This document shows, in pieces, positions 39,201-47,115 of a stretch of DNA of 64,000 bases (position 1 is its first letter; each line of letters opens with the position of its first letter). The translations under genes were made by a program, and so were the position numbers. The notes under the pieces are model-generated. The model worked only from the letters and a program-made list of their open reading frames with translations. It was not told the origin of the DNA and did no database searches. The DNA comes from Lytechinus pictus (taxonomy: Eukaryota): positions 1,364,001 to 1,428,000 of the forward strand of contig NC_087251.1 of assembly GCF_037042905.1 (NCBI RefSeq), read 5' to 3'.

Positions 39201-42200
39201 CCCAAAGTATGCACCAAATCCTTCAATTTCACTTTACAGAATGCAAAAATACACCAATGACAAGCTCGGTCGCTTCGCTCCCTTAATTTCAATTTTTGTT
39301 TTCCAGTCCTCCCCCCCCAGCAAATTTTTTTTTTATGTTGTACCAACTATGCAGTAGCTATATCTATATATTTTTTATTTTTAAACACATAATTTAGCCC
39401 AAACTTGGTCTAATTTCAGTCTTGTTCTGGTGTATGTTTCTGATGAGACTTAGATCTTTTATCTATAGATGATCAATCAATGATCAATCAATGATCAATC
39501 AATGATCAATCAATGATCAATCAATGATCAATCAATGATCAATCAATGATCAATCAATGATCAATCAATGATCAATCAATGATCAATCAATGATCAATCA
39601 ATGATCAATCAATGATCAATCAATGATCAATCAATGATCAATCAATGATCAATCAATGATCAATCAATGATCAATCAATGATCAATCAATGATCAATCAA
39701 TGATCAATCAATGATCAATCAATGATCAATCAATGATCAATCAATGATCAAGCATTTCATATTCTATGCACATTGATAATATCCTTATGACATTTTTTTT
39801 CAATTTAAGTACATGTACCAATACTTCTTTGTCTTACAAATAATTATGAACTGACTTCATATGATTCTCTCATTATATTCTTAATTTTCATTTGATAGAT
39901 TCCTTCTAGATGTTTTAGGAAAAAAATGCTGATTCCAGTGATACTAGTTGTCCATTACATTGTAGTCTAAATATTTCTCCACTATTTAGTTTTATTTCTA
40001 GTTCATTTAGTTTTCTCCTGCGTAGCATATGTTCATCAGTGCAATTAGTGCTATGATTTGCATGTATTAAAGTTGAAATGCACCATAGAAATTAGATTTA
40101 TGGAAATATTAAACATTGTTTACTTCTTCATCACACCTCTCACTTCGCTTGGTAAGATATCAATTAAAAAATATATATTTAAATGTGTCAATCTCAATTT
40201 ATAAAGAAAGTAATTTATTATACATATATGAGAAGGGGATTTGAAATGTGCAATCTTAACTGGATCCATGTTGGAACCCCATGCAAATAGAAGTTTGCAA
40301 TCAGTCAATAGAACTGTAAAAAAAAAATCTGATTGGCCAATATATCTGAAGTGAGCTGGTATAGGTCTGCTTTTTTATATAGAATTATAGATATCATCTA
40401 TGAAAATCCATTAAATGGAAATTATTAATAAATAAGATCATTTAAGAGTAAGGTGTACTACATCAAGTTTTACAATTCAAGTATAAACAGTAATGTACAG
40501 TACAGTGTATGTTTATGAAAATTTGTCTATAAATTGTAATCAAAGTAAGTATATATAAGTTTTCAAAATGAATGAAACTTACCTATAAATTTGGTTAGAT
40601 TATGTACTAATAATGTGATATAATTTCTTTAATTGAGGAATTTTAAAACTTTGTGTAGATCTCCAAGTATGTGACATTAATGGTGACTTCTCTCTTCATT
40701 TCCTCCTATGATATATACAGAAGAGATAGTTGCTGCTACCATTGATGAGATTAAAGAAGAGAAGGTAAGATTGAACAGTAAATGAACCCCCATCCACTAC
40801 CCCCCCCCCACCACCACCACCCCCACCACCACCAACCTTCCTCTTGCTATCATTATATGCTTGTGGGTGGTTTTGCCAAGAGTTAAATCAGAACCCAATG
40901 TTAAAAAACCAAGATGCAATACTTCACACAACTCTTTGTGAAATGTCCCAGGTATATGTGAAGAGAGTTTTTATTTTAGCAAATTTTAACTTTCTACAAC
41001 AGGTCGAAGGGGGGGGGGTGCCTTCTGACAGAAGGGGGAAGTGGTTTAATGCACTATGTAATAAATTGTAACCACATTATTTTGTAGCAGCTGTCGAAGT
41101 TGATATTTCCTTTCTCTATTTTTAGATTAACAATACTGGGTAACAGGTATATCTGTACATGATAACCTATTTCCTAATACATCATTGTTATGCACCTCAT
41201 CAAACGTCTGCTGTGAACTGCATCTTTCAGAGCAGCCTCCCTGTTATCCCCTATTATTCTGTCATTGATGAATGTGAGTTTTGTTTGTAATGAAAATATG
41301 TTCTTTTAATTGTATTCCTGTGCAAAAGACAGGCCTATGACTTGGTGCAGAAGTTCCAATCAATTATCTCTATTATGAGATTTACTACTAATGAATATTT
41401 TGTTCTTAATTCTTTGGTGTGTTCTTATAGAAATATATCAAAGTGAAGACACGACTGGACAATGAACATCATAAGCTAGTAAAGAAACAGGAGAAGAAGC
41501 AAAGTAAACTGAAGAAGACACAGAATAAAGACATCAATAAATTCACAGCTTCTCAAGAGAAAGCTAAGAGGAATAAGGAGAAGAAACTTGCATCAATGGA
41601 GAAGAAACTTCTAAAGACCACGTAAGTTTAATCTACTTTGTTATCCATTCATCTTTTACTGGTTTCCATCTTTGTTGTAATCTTTTCAGACATCATTTTT
41701 AATTTCTTAATTTCCTCTACATAAGTAGTATAACATTATCTCCATCTTTATTTAATGATAACCTTTTTTTCTTTCACAAATGACCTTGTCTTTCGTATTT
41801 ATTATTTAAATGTTTAAAGTGTTGAAAAAGTTCTTCATGGAGGAATAGTAGATAAAGTACTTATGATGTTTCTCATGGAATTAAACTATTTTTCTTTATT
41901 TCATTCATGATATCCATGTCCTATGCTTCTCAATAATTATGATCGTTTTATATAAATGATTTCATTTATCTATGATAATCATCCAAGCATCATAGTATGG
42001 CATTGTATTGGCAGTATATTTTTAGTGTCTCTTGTACCTTTCATCTCTCTCAGTGGTGACACAACATTTGCTCCTTCTGCAATTGCTGCGGGCTTAATTT
42101 CGTCGAAGATATAGGGTTAGGGTTGAAACAGGGTTTTATGTTATGGTTAGGTTTAGGGTAGAGTATAGTGTTAAATCCATGTTTGAAGTTGGCCATTCCA

Positions 42201-45200
42201 TTAGTGTGTGGAATTTAGAGCAGAGCAATTGTCGCTGGAGCAAATGTCATGGAACCCTCTCAGTGGTATATCCCAGTTTATATAAGATATTATTTTCATA
42301 TTCTTGTTATTATTGCAGATCACCTGAAGAAGCCAAAAAACAATATGCCGACAGCATGGAACTGTTTGAGCAAGATCAAGATAAGGAGGCAAGTCTGTGA
42401 TGCTAAGATTCCATTCTATTCTGCATTCCTTTTTTTTTATAGAGCCTCTCTCTGTTATATTTAAGCATGGTACATGTAAGGTATATACAGTATTGTTATT
42501 TATCTTATTAATATGATGAATTTGTAATCACAGGAGTTCATGGACTACAGTGCTCAACTAGCTAGGGAATATGCCCTTTTTTTCACTTTTAGTATAGTGC
42601 GAAACCAAAGACCAAAGTAAAAGAAAAGCATAAAGCATCAGAGATCAAAAGGGTGGGGGGGGGGGGGGGGCACATCAGTATATCTACATTCAAAGTAGAA
42701 AGTTTTTGGCACTATTTTATCACATGACATATGTTATAGAACTAACCTCTTATCTTCCTTTAGTTTTAGTTTATAGGTTTTTTTTATTTTTTTTTTTTAG
42801 TTTCAGTTTTTAGTTTTGTTTTTAGTTTTAGAAATATTACATGTATTCAGTCATTTACTTGGCACAAAGGAGACCATAACCTTACAACCTGTGTTTTCAG
42901 GGGTTCTCCTTGTCTTATTCAATACTTTCATTACTTGCTTTGTTTCTTTTTTACTAAAACAATGGTTTATAATTATATCGATTTGTATTTGCAGAATGTG
43001 AAATCACACTTGTAAGACACATGTATATGTGCAGAAAGAAATAAATATCTTATCTTACCCTTTAGATGTTGAAGAAGCAAGTTAGTCATGAGGATTCATT
43101 GACAGCCCTGTATAGACGTCATTACCTGGAGGAGAAGGAGCTGAAGGTGGAGCATGCTGAGATGCTATTTGAGCTCCAGATGGATCTCATGGCATCTATT
43201 CATGAAAAACAACTCAAGAAACTAGATGGTCAACATAAGAAGTAAGCTTTCTCTACTCTAGGTCCAATGACCTGTTGCAGGAATACTTGCATTTGATTGT
43301 AATTTAGAATTTTGGAATAAAATGTTGCATCTAATTATAGACACGCATCTCAGACTTGCAGTCGCCAGTTCCACAAAACCTTTGATATTTACTCCCAATA
43401 ATCAATCATAGAGGCATGCTTCTGATTGGTTAAGATTGGAGTTGTGTTTGATTTTCGTCTCGCCTGCATAGCCGAGCGAGACTATAGGCGCCGCTTTTCC
43501 GACGGCGGCGGTGGCGGCGGTGGCGGCGACGGCGGCGGCGTCGTCAACATTGAAATCTTAACGACGGTTAAAGTTTTGAAATGTCATCATAACTTAGAAA
43601 GTATATGGACCTAGTTCATGAAACTTAGACATAAGGGTAACCAGGTATTACTGAACATCCTGCCTGAGTTTCAGGTCACATGACCAAGGTCAAAGGTCAT
43701 TTAGGGTCAATGAACTTAGACCATGTGTGGGAATCATCATCAAAATCTTTGACCTAAGGTTAATTTTTGAAATGTCATCATAACATAGAAAATATATAGA
43801 CCTAGTTCATGAAAATTCGACATAAGGTTAATCAAGTACTACTGAACATCCTGCTTGAGTTTCAAGTCACATGACTAAGGTCAATGAACTTTGGCCAAGT
43901 TGGGGGTATTTGTTGAATTACCATCATAACTTTGAAATTTTATGGATCTGATTCATGAAACTTAAACATAAGAGTAATCAAGTATCACTGAACATCCTGT
44001 GCGAATTTCAGGTCACATGATCAAGGTCAAAGGTCATTTAAGGTCAATGAACTTTGGCCAAGTTGGGGGTATTTTTTGAATTACCATGATAACTTTGAAA
44101 GTTTATTGGTCTAGTTCATAAAACTTAAACATAAGAGTAACCATGTATTCCTGAGTATCTTGTGCTTGTTTCTGGTCACATGACCAAAATCAAAGGTCAT
44201 TTAGGGTCGATGAACTTTGGCTGTGTTGGGGGGTATTTGTTGAATTTGCCTCATAACTTAGAAAGTATATGGACCTAGTTCATGAAACTTGGATATAAGG
44301 GTGATAGTGTATCACTGAAGATCCTGCCTGAGTTTCAGGTCACATGATCATGGTCTATGGTCATGTTGGGTCAATGGGTATTCTTTTGTGAATATTTATT
44401 TAATAGCTGTTTTCAAAGTCAGCACTGCTCATATATTGAATCGCGTAATGCAGGCGAGACTGCCAGAGGCGTTCCACTTGTTAAGAATATGCTTGCAATT
44501 GATCCTCAAAAGACAAAAAAATAATAAAATAAAAAAGAAAGGGAATAAAAAAGTTAAATCCAAATGTAAAAAAAAAAGCTTTTGTAAATGTAAAATTTAT
44601 TTGTAATTGAAGAGGGATGTTGAAGATTAAAACACAATATTTTATAGTTTCAGCTTTTTTTGTGGGGACCGGGTGTCATATTTTTAACATTAGGGCATTT
44701 GAACTACAATCCTTTGAAGTTAACGCTTTCATTATGATTTTCTTCCTAAATATCATTGAGCAATTCTGTAAGTAAACAATAAATGTTCTGTCATCTTTTC
44801 CACAATCCTGAAGATGGGAATGTTAACCCAATATTGATTCAATATCCCTGTGATTATTTGTTTCTTGACTATTAGGGTTGAGCAGGAGCTTCGTAAGATG
44901 TTAGGAAGTAAGAACATTGAAGAGATGAAGAGCATTGGTAAGATGAAGAGAGAGAAACAAGAGATAAGCAGACTCAAGAGAGAAGCTCGTAAGAAACACA
45001 TCGACCAAGCCGTTACTGAGAGAACTCATGTGAGTTATTATTTCAATAATAACGTTTCTTATATTGGACATATCACAGGAGGGGATTTAGATGTATTTAA
45101 TTTTGAATAGCCTTTCAGTCTATCGCAAATTTAGTTTCATTCAACCCATTATAGTCTGGTGACACGACATTTGCTCCAGCGGCAAATGGACTGGGCTTTA

Positions 45201-47115
45201 TTTCGTCTAAGATGTAGTGTTTGGGTTAGGGTTGCATTAGGGTTTATACTAGGTTTAGGGTTAGGTTTAGGGTCGGGTGTAGTATTAACTCCAGGGTTAA
45301 AGTTCGTCATTCAATTAGTGTGTGAAATTTACAGCAGATTAATTGTCGCTGGAGCAAATTGCATCAAACCAATGGTCTAAAGCTGAACTTGAAATGATGC
45401 CGAACCCCATTCATGTACAGCCCATATAATAGCTAATCGGTCTCATGCTTCTTGCATATTTGGTTCTGAACAAAAATGTTCTTTTAAATAAATCACAAAA
45501 AGGCACTACCTCTATTCAACGAAAGAGCTTCAAAATCTTGATAACACAAATAGCATTTCATTTATAAGTCATTGGCAATGAATACGAATATATGGAAATA
45601 CATATTTAATAAAGAATGCCAATTTTTTTGTCAAAGCTAATGATCTTTTAATTTCTTACCAACATACAAATTCATTAGAAAACCTTCGTGGCTTATAGTG
45701 ATATATTTTCATAGATTACTAGCATGGCTTGCCAAATTTACCTTGCCTACTACAATAAGATGTTCCTGTGAAAAGCCTAGGTAAAAGGCAGGATTCATTG
45801 TCATTTTGGTTGTTGATGTATTTACTTTATCTCTATATTTTCTTCACAGTTGTTTAAACTACAGGAGAACAAGAAGAAAGAACTCAAAGAAAGCATGAAA
45901 GAACTTCAACAAAACCTGTCACAAGATGAAGACTTTGTAAGATTTTTATTTACTATTATCGTATTGAGAGGGAATGTAACATTCCTGGAATTTTCTTAGG
46001 TTTTTATAATGTCAAGTAGTTTAATCTAATTATAGTGATGGTAGTAGAATAATATGCCATTCTTGAATACATGTAGAGCATATCAAATTATTACCTCGCT
46101 TGTTTATGTGTTTCCAAAGGACTTAGCATGTAAGGAAAAAACAGTTTCAGAAGTCGTATTACTTACATCCAATCCAACTGAAAGATGAATGTTCAAAGAT
46201 GTAAAGTTCAAACCATGCTGTGTTCAAGCAGGAATGTAAACAAGAAAGCACTGAAAAAGAAAGGGGATTCTGCAGAGTCATGAACGTTAAAAGACGATTG
46301 AATGTAACATTGATTTCAATTTATGATTCGACAACAGACCTTCATTCGTTTCAGATACATGTATGTATTGAATATTTACTTCCTTGGTCATACTCACTGA
46401 TCTCTGATGCGTGGTGGATGGGCTGCAAAGATGGAGAAGTGGTGCAAGTGAATGCTCTCCTGAAATTACTTTTTTGGGGGGTTTGTGATTAGGTTTGTGA
46501 TTATTGTTTGTAATTCTAGAATGGATTGATGCATTGTTAGTGGGAGGTTGATGGTGATTTTCATTCTTGTTGTTTCTTGTCTAGATGGTATTGGTGATTG
46601 AAGAAGAATTCAAGAAGAAGCTAGATCAGCTTGTTCGAGATAGGAAGTTCAAACGATTCACCTCTGACTCTAATGGTTCTATCAAAGCTATTGATGATGC
46701 GAGTCCCTCTGATGGTGGACCTCCTAATGGTGTTAATGGTGATATGAAGAAATCAGCTAGTAGTGGTCTGAATGGAATCTCTGATGGACCTAGTTCTGTC
46801 AGTGGTGGTGATGTCCCAGATAGTAACGGTCTCAATGGACACAGTCATGTCAACATAGGTAGCCCGGTTCATAACGCCAAAGGTCATATGGCTACAGAGG
46901 TTGAAGTACATGCCAGTAGGAGTTTAAACCCTGAGGAAACCAACACTAACAACTCAGCTCAAACCCATTCCAATGGTGACATTGCTAATGGACTTGATAA
47001 CAGCAATACCGTACCAGATGAAGAGATCGTGTGTAAAGATTCAGAAACAGGTGAAAGGAAAGTATGTGGTGGTTCAGATGCAGTTAATCCTGTCGTTGAG
47101 TCCACCAAACTTTAA
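149..47115 (+). CDS. PLCB: Phospholipase C-beta (PLCB1/2/3-like, Plc21C-type), 5'-truncated multi-exon gene covering X-Y linker, Y box, C2, proximal and distal CTD
   Basis: Joined exons give [58 protein letters not shown] and [14 protein letters not shown] (PI-PLC Y box). They continue through C2 ([34 protein letters not shown]), ALVNPI and a Lys/Glu coiled coil. Intron phases are consistent throughout. Confidence 0.96.
1227..1316 (+). CDS. PLCB: Candidate linker cassette exon L2, 90 nt, (G)[29 protein letters not shown](G)
   Basis: tgacag|GA...CGAG|gtagac; GC-richer than flanks; open, phase 1-1. Confidence 0.75.
4545..4670. repeat. Imperfect (ATT/ATC)n microsatellite
   Basis: Runs of ttatta/atcatc. 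Confidence 0.8.
5284..5884. mobile_element. Fold-back MITE with TTAA target duplication (Kolobok-like)
   Basis: TTAA|AGGTCAAGTCCA...TGGACTTGTCCT|TTAA; long internal inverted arms (aaaatttcatcaaaatcggatgtaaaataagaaagt and its reverse complement). Confidence 0.88.
6180..6260 (+). CDS. PLCB: Candidate linker cassette exon L3, 81 nt, (G)[26 protein letters not shown](G)
   Basis: ttttttctgaaaccag|GT...TCAG|gtagta; open, phase 1-1. Confidence 0.78.
7104..7187 (+). CDS. PLCB: Candidate linker cassette exon L4, 84 nt, (A)[27 protein letters not shown](G)
   Basis: ccaccacag|CA...CCAG|gtaacc; open, phase 1-1. Confidence 0.78.
8594..8756. mobile_element. Short palindromic MITE (~160 bp)
   Basis: TIRs taccttggtcacatttg / caaatgtgaccaaggta, extending into imperfect arms of ~45 bp. 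Confidence 0.85.
12002..12067 (+). CDS. PLCB: Candidate linker cassette exon L5, 66 nt, (G)[21 protein letters not shown](G)
   Basis: Weak aag acceptor after a pyrimidine tract; GAAG|gtatgg donor; open, phase 1-1. Confidence 0.6.
12316..13181. mobile_element. Non-autonomous DNA transposon, TTAA TSD (Kolobok-like)
   Basis: TTAA|AGATCCAGACCGG...CCGGTCAGGGTCT|TTAA; internal inverted repeat gtgacgtcacgttgtgt...gtgattccataggtttgtacacaaa / tttgtacacaaacctatggaatcac...acacaacgtgacgtca. Confidence 0.85.
14742..15567. mobile_element. Tc1/mariner-type MITE with long TIRs
   Basis: TA|CAGTGCATCCCAGAAAAAACGAAACCGAGATT...AATCTCGGTTTTGTTTTTTGTGGGACGCACTG|TA; inverted arms of ~300 bp. Confidence 0.9.
16300..16356 (+). 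CDS. PLCB: Candidate linker cassette exon L6, 57 nt, (G)[18 protein letters not shown](G)
   Basis: Long pyrimidine tract, ttgtag|GC...GAAG|gtaatt; purine-rich; phase 1-1. Confidence 0.82.
17168..17230 (+). CDS. PLCB: Candidate linker cassette exon L7, 63 nt, (G)[20 protein letters not shown](G)
   Basis: ttacag|GC...GAAG|gtaatg; phase 1-1. Confidence 0.82.
19085..19543 (-). mobile_element. Degenerate inverted copy of the 12316-13181 element
   Basis: 19480-19543 (agtttataaggtttcgattggtatatg...gggtccggtcagggcct|ttaa) matches the reverse complement of the left end of that element; shares ataggtttgtacaca. Confidence 0.8.
19610..20543. mobile_element. Non-autonomous DNA transposon, TTAA TSD (Kolobok-like)
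   Basis: Perfect 16-bp TIR: TTAA|GGACGTTCCACAGTTA...TAACTGTGGAACGTCC|TTAA. Confidence 0.9.
20663..20719 (+). CDS. PLCB: Candidate linker cassette exon L8, 57 nt, (G)[18 protein letters not shown](G)
   Basis: ttaaaag|GT...GATG|gtaatt; open, phase 1-1. Confidence 0.75.
21490..21543 (+). CDS. PLCB: Candidate linker cassette exon L9, 54 nt, (V)[17 protein letters not shown](G)
   Basis: tttccttcaaacag|TG...CAAG|gtaaaa; phase 1-1. Confidence 0.8.
22309..22380 (+). CDS. PLCB: Candidate linker cassette exon L10, 72 nt (or 60 nt from an in-frame acceptor at 22320), (D)[23 protein letters not shown](G)
   Basis: aaag|AT...CAAG|gtaata; phase 1-1; resembles L9. Confidence 0.78.
25696..25862 (+). CDS. 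PLCB: PLC-beta exon: acidic segment of the X-Y linker ([14 protein letters not shown])
   Basis: ttcttacag|AG...AGG|gttagt; phase 1-0, joins in frame to the exon at 26636. Confidence 0.92.
26123..26616. repeat. 28-bp minisatellite, ~17-18 copies, consensus TTTTGACYATCCAGTGAATGATKACCTG
   Basis: Head-to-tail repeats with no spacers. Confidence 0.95.
26636..26732 (+). CDS. PLCB: PLC-beta exon: end of linker and start of Y box ([32 protein letters not shown])
   Basis: aacag|GGT...GAAA|gtaagt; conserved MSALVNY motif. Confidence 0.97.
26785..27429. mobile_element. piggyBac-like non-autonomous element
   Basis: TTAA|CCCTAA...TTAGGG|TTAA with subterminal G and C runs. Confidence 0.7.
28044..28128 (+). 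CDS. PLCB: PLC-beta Y-box exon ([27 protein letters not shown])
   Basis: ctttcgcag|AG...GTCAA|gtatccttaac. Confidence 0.97.
28129..29417 (+). other. U12-type (minor spliceosome) GT-AG intron
   Basis: Donor GTATCCTT; branch TTTTCCTTGAC (29392-29402) 15 nt before the end of the acceptor CAG. Confidence 0.92.
28943..29100. mobile_element. 158-bp MITE with CAG target duplication (possibly PIF/Harbinger-like)
   Basis: CAG|GTGGGTGTTTCATAAAGCTGTT...AACAGCTGTATGAAACACCCAC|CAG. Confidence 0.85.
29418..29490 (+). CDS. PLCB: PLC-beta Y-box exon ([24 protein letters not shown])
   Basis: Hallmark SRIYPKG-R-DSSN motif; CAG|gtaaaa. Confidence 0.98.
30211..30262 (+). CDS. PLCB: PLC-beta Y-box exon ([17 protein letters not shown])
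   Basis: ttcctag|ATC...CTTG|gtaagt. Confidence 0.98.
30733..30887 (+). CDS. PLCB: PLC-beta exon: end of Y box to start of C2 ([28 protein letters not shown]...VEVK)
   Basis: cacacag|AT...AAG|gtaaat. Confidence 0.98.
31305..31755 (-). mobile_element. 3' fragment of an L2/CR1-group LINE, decayed
   Basis: Minus strand reads [15 protein letters not shown] and [26 protein letters not shown], typical of the L2-type ORF2 C-terminus; ends in a (TAT)n tail. Confidence 0.85.
32051..32215 (+). CDS. PLCB: PLC-beta C2 exon ([27 protein letters not shown]...FVFPK)
   Basis: ttacag|GTA...AAG|gtaaca. Confidence 0.98.
32823..32922 (+). CDS. PLCB: PLC-beta C2 exon ([33 protein letters not shown])
   Basis: ttttag|GTG...CCAG|gttagt. 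Confidence 0.97.
33015..33290 (+). pseudogene. Two decayed tandem partial copies (pseudo-exons) of the 33430 exon and its acceptor
   Basis: ctttgtatccctcaaggaggttatc resembles ctttatatccctcatcacagggtatc; the second copy translates [29 protein letters not shown] against the real [30 protein letters not shown]. Confidence 0.8.
33430..33722 (+). CDS. PLCB: PLC-beta exon: end of C2 and proximal CTD with the ALxxPI Galpha-q-binding helix-turn-helix
   Basis: tcacag|GG TAT CGT CAC...CTG|gtaaga; YRHIPLRN and FADALVNPI. Confidence 0.97.
34648..34855 (+). CDS. PLCB: PLC-beta CTD linker exon (EPQKAETAG...TSRPSRQS)
   Basis: tttgtag|GAG...TCAG|gtaagt; phase 0-1, needed to join 33722 to 40721. Confidence 0.92.
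36787..36828 (+). CDS. PLCB: Candidate 42-nt cassette exon in the CTD linker, (E)[13 protein letters not shown](G)
   Basis: aattag|AA...GACG|gtaagt; strong donor, phase 1-1. Confidence 0.55.
38041..38193 (+). CDS. PLCB: Candidate 153-nt cassette exon in the CTD linker, (V)[22 protein letters not shown]...[13 protein letters not shown](G)
   Basis: caacag|TC...CAAG|gtctgc; open, phase 1-1, GC-richer than flanks. Confidence 0.75.
39469..39751. repeat. Perfect 11-bp tandem repeat (ATGATCAATCA), ~25-26 copies
   Basis: Read directly; no mismatches seen. Confidence 0.97.
40721..40764 (+). CDS. PLCB: PLC-beta exon ([15 protein letters not shown]), start of distal CTD
   Basis: atacag|AA...AAG|gtaaga; phase 1-0. 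Confidence 0.9.
41431..41621 (+). CDS. PLCB: PLC-beta distal CTD coiled-coil exon ([23 protein letters not shown]...)
   Basis: cttatag|AAA...AC|gtaagt. Confidence 0.94.
42055..42256. mobile_element. ~200-bp MITE with 8-bp TSD and internal GGGTTA-like repeats (copy 1)
   Basis: CTCTCAGT|GGTGACACAACATTTGCTCC...GGAGCAAATGTCATGGAACC|CTCTCAGT. Confidence 0.88.
42319..42388 (+). CDS. PLCB: PLC-beta distal CTD exon ([23 protein letters not shown]) ending at a GC donor
   Basis: ttgcag|A TCA...GAG|gcaagt; only the GC donor keeps frame with 43066. Confidence 0.88.
43066..43241 (+). CDS. PLCB: PLC-beta distal CTD exon ([27 protein letters not shown]...)
   Basis: ccctttag|ATG...AA|gtaagc. Confidence 0.94.
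43452..44482. mobile_element. HINE/pearl-like (Helentron-associated) non-autonomous element carrying a tandem core array
   Basis: Asymmetric subterminal IR gtctcgcctgcat (43457) / atgcaggcgagac (44448); (GGC)n microsatellite; ~5 core repeats of ~150-190 bp; T-rich ends with no clear TSD. Confidence 0.75.
44876..45029 (+). CDS. PLCB: PLC-beta distal CTD exon ([18 protein letters not shown]...AVTERTH)
   Basis: tattag|G GTT...CAT|gtgagt. Confidence 0.95.
45158..45370. mobile_element. Second copy of the 42055 MITE family
   Basis: GGTGACACGACATTTGCTCCAGCG...TTGTCGCTGGAGCAAAT; degenerate TSD tatagtct/aatggtct; ggttagggtt repeats. Confidence 0.82.
45850..45936 (+). CDS. PLCB: PLC-beta distal CTD exon ([29 protein letters not shown])
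   Basis: ttcacag|TTG...TTT|gtaaga; phase 0-0. Confidence 0.92.
46585..47115 (+). CDS. PLCB: PLC-beta terminal coding exon; long disordered tail ending in ...VESTKL*
   Basis: tgtctag|ATG GTA; 176-codon ORF in frame with the previous exon; TAA stop. Confidence 0.93.
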   Translation: MVLVIEEEFKKKLDQLVRDRKFKRFTSDSNGSIKAIDDASPSDGGPPNGVNGDMKKSASSGLNGISDGPSSVSGGDVPDSNGLNGHSHVNIGSPVHNAKGHMATEVEVHASRSLNPEETNTNNSAQTHSNGDIANGLDNSNTVPDEEIVCKDSETGERKVCGGSDAVNPVVESTKL

